From assembly GCA_963801355.1 (NCBI GenBank), contig CAWDEM010000008.1, positions 2,560,001-2,624,000 on the forward strand: a DNA stretch of 64,000 nt, read 5' to 3'. The notes beneath the pieces were generated by a model. It had not been told where the DNA came from. It ran no database searches and was given only the letters and a program-made list of their open reading frames with translations. The stretch comes from Ignavibacteriota bacterium (lineage in GTDB: Bacteria > Bacteroidota > Ignavibacteria > UBA10030 > UBA6906). Made by a program: the position numbers and the translations under genes. Position 1 is the stretch's first letter; each line of letters starts with the position of its first letter. Shown piece by piece: positions 10,627 to 21,000 of this stretch.

Positions 10627-11154
10627 TCACTTGTAGTATCTGGACGCGATAATCACATTGGCGATCGTTGCCAGGATCAGCGCCGTCGTTGTGGCGATAT
10701 CAAAAACCTCCCGGAACGTCACCGACGTCGCATCGATGAAAATCGTGTCACCCGGCTCGAGGCGGCGCGCCTTTTCGTCAAGTTTGTCCAGGTGATCCAG
10801 GTTTACATCGAATTCCACCGTCCGTATGGCGTCCACGCCGCGAACGACGCGGGCGATTTTTACCGCTCCCAGATCCGCCTCCGACAGCGGCCCGCCTGCA
10901 TAGGAAACGAGCTGCACAATATCGGTAGAAATCGGCACCTCATAGCGGCCGGGATTGCGTACATGGCCCCAGAGATTGATGGACATTGTTATCTCTCCGG
11001 GCTTCGAGATGTAGTAATAGGCCGCAGAGGAGGAGCCGGACTTGGACGTGCCGATATTGCTGTCCATTTGGGCGGACACACGTCCCGGACAGAGCCATAC
11101 GGCCATGAGTGCCGCGACAATCACAATCTGCTTCATGAATAGTCTACTCCTCAT
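10627..11154 (-). CDS. SLBB-domain polysaccharide export protein (short Wza-like)
   Basis: Signal peptide, INLWGHVRNPGRYEV...LVSYAGG...LEPGDTIFI SLBB pattern, C-terminal hydrophobic helix. Confidence 0.75.
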   Translation of the reverse strand: MRSRLFMKQIVIVAALMAVWLCPGRVSAQMDSNIGTSKSGSSSAAYYYISKPGEITMSINLWGHVRNPGRYEVPISTDIVQLVSYAGGPLSEADLGAVKIARVVRGVDAIRTVEFDVNLDHLDKLDEKARRLEPGDTIFIDATSVTFREVFDIATTTALILATIANVIIASRYYK

Positions 11155-11194
11155 GCGAAAGGTTGCAGAGCGTCACCGGCGGGTTCCCGGAAAT

Positions 11195-13534
11195 TCAGGC
11201 GGATACCTTCTGTTTTCCCTCTTGCCCTTTGGTGCCGCCGCTTTCTTTGTCCCCTCCAGGTTTCCCGTAGTAGTAACCCGACCCGTATTTGCCCCGGCCG
11301 CGCCGGAAGGGCACTCCATACGCGCGGTGAGGATCGAAATTATTCAACACGACTCCTACGACCTTCCCCCCGACACCTTCGAGCAACTCCACCGCCTGCT
11401 GCAGGTCCTGCACCCGTGTTGTCCCCGAGGAGACGACCATCACTGTCCCATCCGTCATGGTGGAAATGACGGCAGGATCGGTGACCGCCAGGACCGGTGA
11501 TGTGTCAAAGAGAACCATCTCATATTTCTTCATCGCCGCCGCCACGAACTCCCGCATCTCGTCGGAGCCGAGGACTTCCGCTGGATTGGGGGGGATATCT
11601 CCGCTCGGGAGAAGGTCGAGGTTCTCCACATTGGTATGCTGCACGACCCGGTCAAGGATCGCCCTGCCGGTCAACAGCTCTGTCAATCCTTCCCCCCGAT
11701 CGACCTTGAACAGCGCATGGAGCATCGGCCGCCGCAGATCGGCATCGACCAGGAGAACACTCTTGCCGGTTTGTGCGAACGCCACGGCAAGATTAGCCGC
11801 GGTGGTGGATTTCCCTTCTCCCTGGTTCGGGCTTGTGAGCATGAGCGTGCGCGCGGGGGTTCCCACCTTGGTGAACTGCAGGTTCGTGCGCACTTGCCGG
11901 TACGATTCCGCGATCGATGAGAATGGGAAGGAGACGGTCACGAGATGGGTGTCCACCCCCTTGTCGCGTGCCGCGATTTTCTGGCCGCCGAGCCGTTCAA
12001 TCTCATCATCGATATTCATGATCGGTGAGAGAGGCGTATGCCCGCGCCGCTTCAAGTCTTCCGGTGTCTGGACCCGTACGTCCGAGTATTCCTTCACGAA
12101 CGCGGCAAGAATACCCACGGCAAGGCCCAGAAGGATGCCGATCATCAGGTTGATAAGAGGCTTCGGGCTGGAGGGCCTGCCGGGAATGGAAGCGCGCTCC
12201 ATGATTTCGATATACCCGATATTGGATTGCTCGGTAATGTTCGTTTCGTTGTACTTCTCTTCCACCATCAAATAGAGTTTTTCGTTGCTCAAGCGCTGCC
12301 GCTGCAAGCGTGCCAGCTGAAGGCTCCTGGCAGGTATCCGGTCGAATTTCCTTTCATAGATCGAAATCGCGTCGTTCAGCGCCCGCTTTTTTGCCAGCAG
12401 TGACTGGACGTTGATCTGCGTCTCGATGATCTTCTGCTTCACCGACTTCAAATACCCGGCGGCATCATCCATGCCCCCTTGTGACGGTGTGAGTGTACGC
12501 AGAAAATCATCGGTGCGCTTCTGCAGCTTCATCCGCAGGGATGCGATCTGCTGGTCGACTTCTTTGACTTTTTCGTTCAGGATGTCACGTCCTGCTGAGC
12601 TGGGATTCTGGACCACGGTCATGTCGCGCTGGACTTCCAGCCGGGCCAGCTGTTCCTGCATTTGTTTGATATACGTGTCGCTGGCCTCACCGACGACGCG
12701 TGCGACATTTGTCTCCTGTTGAGGGAGCTGCTCCTGGTAGTTCTCCAGAGCATTCTCCATCTCTTTGAGGTTGATATCCGCCGCATCGCGCTGCGCCTCA
12801 AGGGACGCCAGCTGGTCGATCAACGACTTGGCCTCATCGTCCAGCGAGACGATGCCCTGCTGCTCCATGTAGTCCTTTACGGTTCCTTCGGTTTCTTCCA
12901 GCGCTTTCCGCTTGTCATTAGCTTGTGATTCGAGGAATTCGCGGAACGACCGTGTCTTGGCGCGGCTCATGAAAATGTTCCGGTCGCGATATGCCTCGGC
13001 GTATGTGTTCGCAAGAAGGGCCGATTCCCGTGCATTCTTGCTTTGTGCCGTGACCTTGATGATATCGGAATCCCGGACGGGTTCGAAATCCATGGCGCCC
13101 TGGGCCCGCCCCGACACCAAATCGATGAGTTCTGTCGTATCCCGGGGTGCATCCTGCTTCTCAATAACCAAGAGAGGCATAAGGGTGGTTTTGCCGTCAT
13201 CAAGATACTTGCGACGCAGCAGCCGCACGGCCACGGAATCCGCCAGGGATCGCGAATTCAGGACGGCCAGCTCATTCTGGACGATGGTCTTGTTTCCTTC
13301 CACCGGCGTCTGATCGACAAAGAGCGTCCCCTTTGCCCCCCGGCTGAGCAGGACCTGGCATGTTGCCTGGTAGACCGGCTCGGTCAGTTTCGTGTAGATG
13401 ATGGCGGCAGCAACGACTGCGAGGAAACTAATGAGGATGATCCACTTTCCCCGCAACATGATGGCGAGGTACTCCCGAAACGCCCGCTCGCCGGAATTCT
13501 GTGATTCGCCACGACGTGCCTGGTATGCTTTCAT
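11195..13534 (-). CDS. wzc: Polysaccharide co-polymerase / BY-kinase (Wzc)
   Basis: Two TM helices flanking a coiled-coil region, Walker A SPNQGEGKST, LLVDADLRRP, DTSPVL, C-terminal Tyr cluster KYGSGYYYG. Confidence 0.95.
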   Translation of the reverse strand: MKAYQARRGESQNSGERAFREYLAIMLRGKWIILISFLAVVAAAIIYTKLTEPVYQATCQVLLSRGAKGTLFVDQTPVEGNKTIVQNELAVLNSRSLADSVAVRLLRRKYLDDGKTTLMPLLVIEKQDAPRDTTELIDLVSGRAQGAMDFEPVRDSDIIKVTAQSKNARESALLANTYAEAYRDRNIFMSRAKTRSFREFLESQANDKRKALEETEGTVKDYMEQQGIVSLDDEAKSLIDQLASLEAQRDAADINLKEMENALENYQEQLPQQETNVARVVGEASDTYIKQMQEQLARLEVQRDMTVVQNPSSAGRDILNEKVKEVDQQIASLRMKLQKRTDDFLRTLTPSQGGMDDAAGYLKSVKQKIIETQINVQSLLAKKRALNDAISIYERKFDRIPARSLQLARLQRQRLSNEKLYLMVEEKYNETNITEQSNIGYIEIMERASIPGRPSSPKPLINLMIGILLGLAVGILAAFVKEYSDVRVQTPEDLKRRGHTPLSPIMNIDDEIERLGGQKIAARDKGVDTHLVTVSFPFSSIAESYRQVRTNLQFTKVGTPARTLMLTSPNQGEGKSTTAANLAVAFAQTGKSVLLVDADLRRPMLHALFKVDRGEGLTELLTGRAILDRVVQHTNVENLDLLPSGDIPPNPAEVLGSDEMREFVAAAMKKYEMVLFDTSPVLAVTDPAVISTMTDGTVMVVSSGTTRVQDLQQAVELLEGVGGKVVGVVLNNFDPHRAYGVPFRRGRGKYGSGYYYGKPGGDKESGGTKGQEGKQKVSA

Positions 13535-13581
13535 AGTTCGACCTTAAGATCCTCGTACTTTAGACCCAACACCAACTAATG

Positions 13582-13610
13582 ATAATGTAAAGAAAATGCT
13601 TGAATGTCAA
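13582..13610 (-). promoter_or_regulatory. Putative sigma70 promoter of the EPS operon
   Basis: TTGACA-N17-CATTAT on the minus strand in an AT-rich tract upstream of wzc. Confidence 0.5.
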
Positions 13611-13801
13611 TGTTGTAGAATTTACACTCTCGTCGAGCGACCACCCATGTCACCAATGTCTTCGCCGCGCATTTCAACCTGGTATCAACACACCCAACAG
13701 GTCTCCGGGCCGGGCATGCTTCATGTTCCTACAGGAAGCGGTCCTTTGAACTGTTTCGCGAATTGCGTAGATTTCGTTGTTGCACCCAAGCAGGAGGCGC
13801 T

Positions 13802-13945
13802 GTGACGATCGTTTTCGCTGTCGCGGGATACCTGGCCGTTGTGGGGATTTTCGTCCGTTTTGTGCAGTTTGCGCACGGGCGAGACGAAACCATGCACCTC
13901 TTCACGGCCCAGTGGATCGAGAACGAATCCGGGAGCGCCGAATAA
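13802..13945 (+). CDS. Putative 47-aa single-pass membrane protein
   Basis: AGGAGG just before the GTG at 13802; hydrophobic N-half followed by a polar tail; fills an otherwise empty gap. Confidence 0.45.
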   Translation: MTIVFAVAGYLAVVGIFVRFVQFAHGRDETMHLFTAQWIENESGSAE

Positions 13946-13957
13946 TCATCCGCAGCT

Positions 13958-14458
13958 TTACCCCCCACCCCGACGCTCCCGCGTCAGGAATGTCACAAGG
14001 CGAGAATCCGCAATCCCCCCGAGCGGATCGTGAACATCAATCTGAAATGTCAGGATCTGTGAAGGCACGTTCGCCGATGCGCTGAAGTAGAAAATGGCGT
14101 AGCGGGTTGCGCTCACCGGAATGTCTCCAACCGCGATCGAATCATTAAATGTCACACCGGCCGGCGTCGAGAGCGGGATGACTCGCACGACGACATTGCG
14201 CAGGGCTATCTTGCCGGAGTTGGTCAGCACGACGCGGAGCCGTCCCGTTTCCTTGGGATCCAGTGCATTGTTCCCCGAAGGCTCCGAAAACTCCGTATCA
14301 AATGTGACGCTCCGCATCCGGAGGTTTGCCGGGGTGGATACTGAATCCGTTATTGAGACACCTATACTGCCCGCGGGGCTCCGCCCGGTAAACTTCTGTG
14401 CCGTGGCCATGCCTGCGATAACACAGGCCAGCCCGCACAGACCTATCAACATTCTCAT
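13958..14458 (-). CDS. Secreted hypothetical protein with a CARDB/Ig-like domain
   Basis: AAAGGA RBS before MRMLIG, signal peptide, SGNNALDPKETGRLRVVLTNSG beta-sandwich pattern. Confidence 0.6.
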   Translation of the reverse strand: MRMLIGLCGLACVIAGMATAQKFTGRSPAGSIGVSITDSVSTPANLRMRSVTFDTEFSEPSGNNALDPKETGRLRVVLTNSGKIALRNVVVRVIPLSTPAGVTFNDSIAVGDIPVSATRYAIFYFSASANVPSQILTFQIDVHDPLGGIADSRLVTFLTRERRGGG

Positions 14459-14493
14459 GATGTACCGATCCTTTCTCATCATCAGGTGGTTCA

Positions 14494-15033
14494 TTAGGGT
14501 AGGGGCCGACCGGGCGGCGGAGGGAAGTCCGTTGACACCGGCGGAATGATTGGCGTATCCCCCTTCGCGCTTGCGATGAGCAGGACAACCACTCCCCCGA
14601 CGACCGCGGCGCCGCCGCCAACCCACCACCAGAAGTTGTCGCTTTCCTTCTTCACTCCCTCAGCTTCGACGACGAAATAGTAGTCTGTGCCGCTTAACCC
14701 TTCCGGGTATTCCTTGGTGAACTCCCAGATGATGCGCCTCCTGCTGCCGGGGAACACAATCGTGCCGACATCGCCGGTAAGGCTGAGCGGTTGATAGCTG
14801 AACAGGGGCTCGCTTTCGCGATAGAGCACCACGCGTACCGCGTGCACCTGGTCCATCGGGGCGTTAAGATCATAGTAGATGCGCACAATGTCCCCCGCAA
14901 CCTCGAACCGGACATTGTCGATACTCGAAGCGGTGTCCTGCATAGCGGCACACGCAGCCGGGATCCCCTCCGCAAGCATCACCAGTGCGAGGAAGAGGTG
15001 CAGCACTTTCATCCGAAGAAAGACCGCAAACAT
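14494..15033 (-). CDS. Hypothetical exported protein with a C-terminal TM anchor and Pro-rich tail
   Basis: Signal peptide, beta-rich domain, WWWVGGGAAVVGGVVVLLI, PPPPGRPLP end. Confidence 0.65.
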   Translation of the reverse strand: MFAVFLRMKVLHLFLALVMLAEGIPAACAAMQDTASSIDNVRFEVAGDIVRIYYDLNAPMDQVHAVRVVLYRESEPLFSYQPLSLTGDVGTIVFPGSRRRIIWEFTKEYPEGLSGTDYYFVVEAEGVKKESDNFWWWVGGGAAVVGGVVVLLIASAKGDTPIIPPVSTDFPPPPGRPLP

Positions 15034-15048
15034 GGTTTGTCCCTTCCC

Positions 15049-18000
15049 CTATTTCATGAGCAACATTTTTTTCACCAAACTCACTCCCGACTCCGCGGTG
15101 AGGCGGGCGAGATAGACGCCGGTGGCGACGGGAGCACCGGTATCATTGCGCCCGTCCCATATGAGCCAGTGCCGGCCGGCTTCCACCTGACCGGTGAAGA
15201 GCGTCCGAACCTCCTCACCCAGGATGTTGTACACCTTCACTGCGATCTCCGCTGTGTGTGGCACGGCTACCGGCAGCGTGGTCGACGGATTGAAGGGGTT
15301 CGGAAAGTTGTTGTCCAGGGCAAACACTTTGGGCACAACATCACCCAGAACCGCTGCCATGGCCTCATGGGTTCCCACCGCGACGGTCAACTGTCCGGTC
15401 GCAGTCGCCGGTGTATAGAGGTACTCCTGGCTCGCGCGCAGATCGGCATATTTGGCATGGACATGGTCGATGATGGCCACGTCAAGGCCCTCGGGGATCT
15501 GACCGATGCCTTCAAACCGGAGGGTCACCGCTTCCTTCGCAGGTGTCTGGACTGCGAAGGGCCAGCGCGCAAGGGATTGTACCGGAGGCCGGAAATCGGT
15601 TGCGAAGACGGTGAACAGCGAGTCCAGGTCGGGACGCACAAACATCGTTCCCGCAAGCGTTCCCATCGCGCGTGGTTTCCGGTAGTCGTACCGGTCCAGC
15701 CCTTCGGAGGCATCCTCACGAACTCCGAACATCAGTGCGCGGTCGGTATATTCGCCCGACCGGGCGGCAACCGTTACGGTCCAACCGTCGTGTGCAGAGG
15801 AATCCGCCTTCATCCACACACCCGAGGTGGCGCCGTAGGGGACCCGGATGTACGCAACGTTGTCCGTGTTGAAGAAATAGTAGCCCATGTACGGTTCCAG
15901 CGTTGTGCTTTGCTCAAATCCGTTTACACCGCCGTACGACCAGATGGGCGAACGGGCAGCCGGATCATTTGCCAGTTGGATGCTTGACCACGGCACGGAA
16001 TGCAGGAAAGGATTGGTAATCAGATTCCAGCCGCTGTGCAGCGCTATGCGCACCGAGACCGACGTGTCGAGCACCGCGGTGGGCACCGATGTATTGACCG
16101 TCCAGGGATCCTTCTTGATCAGCCAGTAAGCCTTCCCTGCGGCAAAGGTGAACGCCGATGTGCCGTCATACTTGATGAAATAATTGGCAGTTGTCCCGTT
16201 GTCGGTGTAGATCAGCCAGTCGGTACCGACCGTGCCCGTGAAGTATGCCCCGGCCAACGATGTGCCGGCTCCCGGAAGTCCGGCAATCTTGTAGTCCGTG
16301 ACCTTGTATTCTGCCGCGGTCGCGTAGGAGGGGAACTCCCACGAATTGGACAAGGGGTACACGGTCGGATACAGAGGAGTGAAGCTCCAGGTCGAAGAGA
16401 ATGATGACGTCCCGCCGGCATTGCGTGCCCGCACCCGCCAGTAGTACGTCACATTGTTCGACAGCGGGCCGACCTGACGCGAAGTTGCCGTCAACGTTGA
16501 ATCATCCACAATCGTAGTGAGAAACAGGGAACTTGTCGACAGCTGTAGATGATAGTTCGTGGCGCCCGCGGCATCCCACTTCAGCACGAGCGTCGTCGGA
16601 AGATTCGTCTGGCCGTTGGACGGCGCGATCAATGTCGGCGTCGGGGGCGGCGCCAGGTTCACCGAGAAGGTCATCGACGCCGATGTGCCGCCCCCCGGTG
16701 TCGGGTTGGTGACGCTGACATTCCGCGGGCCGAGTGTCGCCGTCGCGCCGACGGTGATGTTTACCGTGAGCTGTCGCGCACTGTCGGCCGTGACGGAATT
16801 CACCGTAATATCGCCGCCGGATCCGAAGGAAGGCACGGTGGCCGGGATGAAATTTGTGCCGCGCAACACCACGTTCAGTGTCTGTGATCTATTGGCAAAC
16901 GTCGGCGCAATGCCGGTGAGCGTCGGCGCCGGATTCGTCACGGTGAAGGCGTTAAGCATGCTGTCCTTGCCCCCGCCCGGAGGCGCGTTGGTAACAAAGA
17001 CGGTTCGTGCCCCGGTCGCTGCTTTCCCCGTCACGGTGATATTGGCGGTCAACTTGCCGGCACTGTCAACCACAACATCGTTGACAGTAATGTCCGAGCC
17101 GAGATCCACTGTGGTCACACCGCTCACAAAGTTGCTGCCCCTGAGCACCATGTTCAGCGTTTCCAGCCGTTTTGCCGTGGTCGGAGAGATGCTGCTGAGT
17201 GTCGGCGCAGGATTGTTCCCGACGACAAAGCCGTTCGTGAGTACCGAAACTCCTCCGCCGGGCTCGGTGTTCGTGACGACCACATCACGCGCTCCGGTCG
17301 CCGCCCCGATTGTGATGGTGACGTTGGCCGTGATCACCGTATCGCTGAGCACGTTCTGCTCATTGATGGTAATGCCGGTTCCCAGACTCACTGCACTGAC
17401 CCCGTCAATGAAGCCTTGCCCGTTGAAGACGATGTTCAGCGTTTGGAGCTGCTGGGCATTGGATGGATAGAGCCACAGAAGTCTGGGCCCCGGATTGAAG
17501 ACTGTGAATGCATTCGGTTTTGTCGCGGTCCCACCTCCCGGCGCCGCGTTGGTGACGCTGATGGCGCGCGGACCCGTGGGGGCCGTTGCAGAGATCGTGA
17601 CGTTGGCCGTCAACTGCGTCGAGCTATCAACGACGATGGGACCGTTGATAATGATGCCGGTGCCGAAGTTGGCTGAAGTCACGCCTGTGATGAAGTTCGT
17701 CCCGGTGATGGCGAGATCCACTGTCCGCAGCCGGCTCCATTCACTCGGATAGACTGAGGCGATGGTGGGGACCGGATTGTTGGCAACGGTGAAGACGCGC
17801 TTTTCCGAATTGCCGCCGCCGGGAGCGGGATTCTTGAGGAAGATGTCCCGGGGACCCATTGTCGCGGAAGCACTGATCGTGATGTTGGCCTTCAGCTGCG
17901 TCGAGCCGGTGACGGTAATGCTGTTCGTGGTGATGTCCGCCGCACCGAAGTCCACCTGCGTGAAGCCCGGGACGTAGTTTGTACCGGTAAACGTCAGATC

Positions 18001-21000
18001 AAGGGTCTGCAGCCTGCTCCCGGATGAGGGCGTGAAGCTGGTGAGCGTCGGCACAGGATTCTGCACGATAAAATTCTTGGCGTTGGACGTGCCGCCTCCC
18101 GGCGTGGGTGCAAAGACATCGACGACGAACGACCGGGCCGTGTCGATGTCGGACGCCGCCAGCGCGGCCGTCATCCGCGTCCGGTTCACCAGTGTCGACG
18201 TCAGCACTCTGCCCCCGAACCGGACGCTCACGCCGGGGACAAAATTGCTGCCATTCACGGTCAGAACAAGCGGCCCCCCGCCGACCTTCGTACTCTCGGG
18301 AGATAGTGTGGTGATCGACGGCGCTGGGTTATTGATGGTCAGGGCTCCCACGAGAGAGTCGCTTCCACCCCCGGGCGCCGGGTTGGTGACCTTGATGTTT
18401 CTCGAGCCCAGCGCGGCACTTGAATCGACGGAGAAACCGACGCGCAATTGCGTGGGGCTCTCGGCAACCGTGGAGATGTAGGTGATCCCGGTCCCCATGT
18501 CGACAGTGGTCACATTCTTGAGAAACCGGGTTCCGGTGAGGGAAATATACAGCGTCTGAAGCCGGGCGGCGTTCTGGACGGATACCCCTGTCAGGGTGGG
18601 CGCCGGATTGGAAATCGTTAGACCGTTCTTCAACGTATCAGGCCCGCCACCCGGAGGCGCATTGATCAAGATGACATCGCGGGAACCACCCGCGGCGGTA
18701 TCGGTAATGGTCGCCGCTATCCGGAGTTGCGTGGTGCTGTCGATATTCACCGACGTGACAACAATGCCGGGGCCCAGATTCACCGAAGTGATACCATTGA
18801 AAAAGTTCGTTCCTGTTAAGGTGAATTCCACCGACTGGCCGCGCGTGACCGTTGTTGGTGAAATGCTCGCCACATTGGGCAGAGGATTGCTCCCCACCGT
18901 GAACCCCGAAAGGTTCGACGGTCCTCCCTCGGCACCCGAGTTGGTCACGTAAAATTGGCGTACACCATCAAGCGCGGTAAGACTAATAGAGATATTCACC
19001 ACGATAGTGGTATCGCTCGTGACCGTCGTCGAGTTCACGGTTATGTTGACGCCCTGCTGCAACCCGACCTCGCTCACTCCCGGGGCGAAGTTCGTCCCGG
19101 CAATAATCACGTTCATGGTCTGGCCCCGGACGCCGGCAGACGGGGTGAGACTGATGATACTGGGGATATTCTTCACGCGGAACGCCGCGGTCAACGTTGC
19201 GGCACCTCCGCCGGGTGCCGGATTCGAAACGGTCGCATTCCGCGGTCCGAGTGTCGCCGTCGGTCCGGGCCGGACAAGCGCCGTCAGGCGTGTGGGCGAT
19301 TCAACCCTGATGGAATCGACCTTCACGTCTAGCCCCAGGCTGAGGACTGTGACGCCCTGGAGGAAGTTGGTGCCGTTGACGGTGACCGCGACAACCTGGG
19401 AGCGGCTTCCCTCGGCAGGCGAAATGCCTGTAAAGGTCGGGATGGGGTTGCCCACGGTGATTGAGTCAGACATTCCGGTCTTTGAGCCGACGGTGGACGT
19501 GGCCGTAAACGTCCCCCTACCCGCCGTGCCTCCGTACTTCAACTGGAGCGCTGTCAGGTTGGCCACACCGAGCACGAAATCCGACGATTGGTTCAGGACA
19601 TTGTTGGCAAGAGTTCCCAGTCCCGTGATTGCGGAAGGAGACGGCGAAAGACTCGTCGTCAGCGTGACATTGTTCGTTGCCGCATCAAATGTTGGAACAG
19701 CGTTTCCCCAACCGTCCTGTGCCGTGAGTGTATTGATCCCTGTCCACGGCGCACCATTGATTTGCGGGTTCGCCAGCACCCAGGAGAACTTGCCCAGTGT
19801 GGCCGGAGCCACGGTAACGGTCAGGCGATCCGGACCTGCGGCGCTGACAGTATCGTCGGACACAGCGATAGTCGCGGTCTCCGCCTTGTAGAGCGTCATC
19901 ACGCCGTTGGAACCGGCGCTGGCGGTGGCCACACCGTTGGTAAAAAGTATCGACGTGACCGACCCGAACGGTATCAGCGCGCCCGAGTTGTCTGTGACGG
20001 TCGGTTGCGTAAGGGGATTCGTGGATGGATTCGCGCCCGAGAATTTGAGGGACTTCAGCCCCGCATACGTGGGGACCAGGTTGTCCGACGCGTCTTTAGC
20101 CGTAATGGTCAGATTTTGTGGTGCGCCGGCGATCTGCGTACCCGAACCGGTGATCACGAATTTGCCGGCCCCGCCGGGTGTGATGGCCACCTGGAGCGAC
20201 GTCCCGGCCTTGCCTGCCGCGGTCGCCGTGAACGTGCCGGTGCCGATGGCCCCGGTGTACTTCATCCCGATGGAGGTGAGGTTCGCCACGCCGGCGACAA
20301 AATCGCCGGGCCTATTCAGAATGTTGGTGTTTCCTGTTCCGAGACCGGTGACGGCGCCGCTCAACGTCGTGGTGACTGTGACATTCCTTGCCGAGGCATC
20401 AAAAGCTGTCAGCGTATTTCCCCAATCATCCTGCGCGGTCAGCGTGTTTGTTCCGGAGAACACAACACCGTTCACCTGAGGCGTCGAGAGCAGCCATGCG
20501 AATTTGCCGAGTGGCGCTGGATTTACCGTTACCGACAACCTGTCCGTACCGTTTGAAATCCGCGTTCCATCGGTCACAGAAATCAACGCGGTCTGTGCAC
20601 GGTACAATTTCATGACACCGTTGCTGCTGCCGGTGACTGTAGCGACTCCGTTGGTGAATGTCAGCACCGTCGCGGCGCCGAATGATGTTGCTGTTCCTCC
20701 GTTATTGCTGACTGTCGGCGCCGTGGCGGGACTGAGAGAGGAATCGGCCCCGGCAAACGTCAGCGTCTTCGCGCCGGCATAGGCCGCCACCGTATTGCCC
20801 GATGCATCCTTGGCAGTAATGGTCAGGTTCTGCACGGCTCCGGCGATCATCGTGAGAACGGAATCCCCAGCGGAAGTGCGCACAACAAGCCGCGTTGCAG
20901 TCCCTGCTGCAATCTGAATACTCGCAGAGACGCCCGTTTTTCCGCCTCCGGTGGCCGTGAACGTTCCCGCTCCGATTGCGCCGCTGTATTTCATTCCCAG

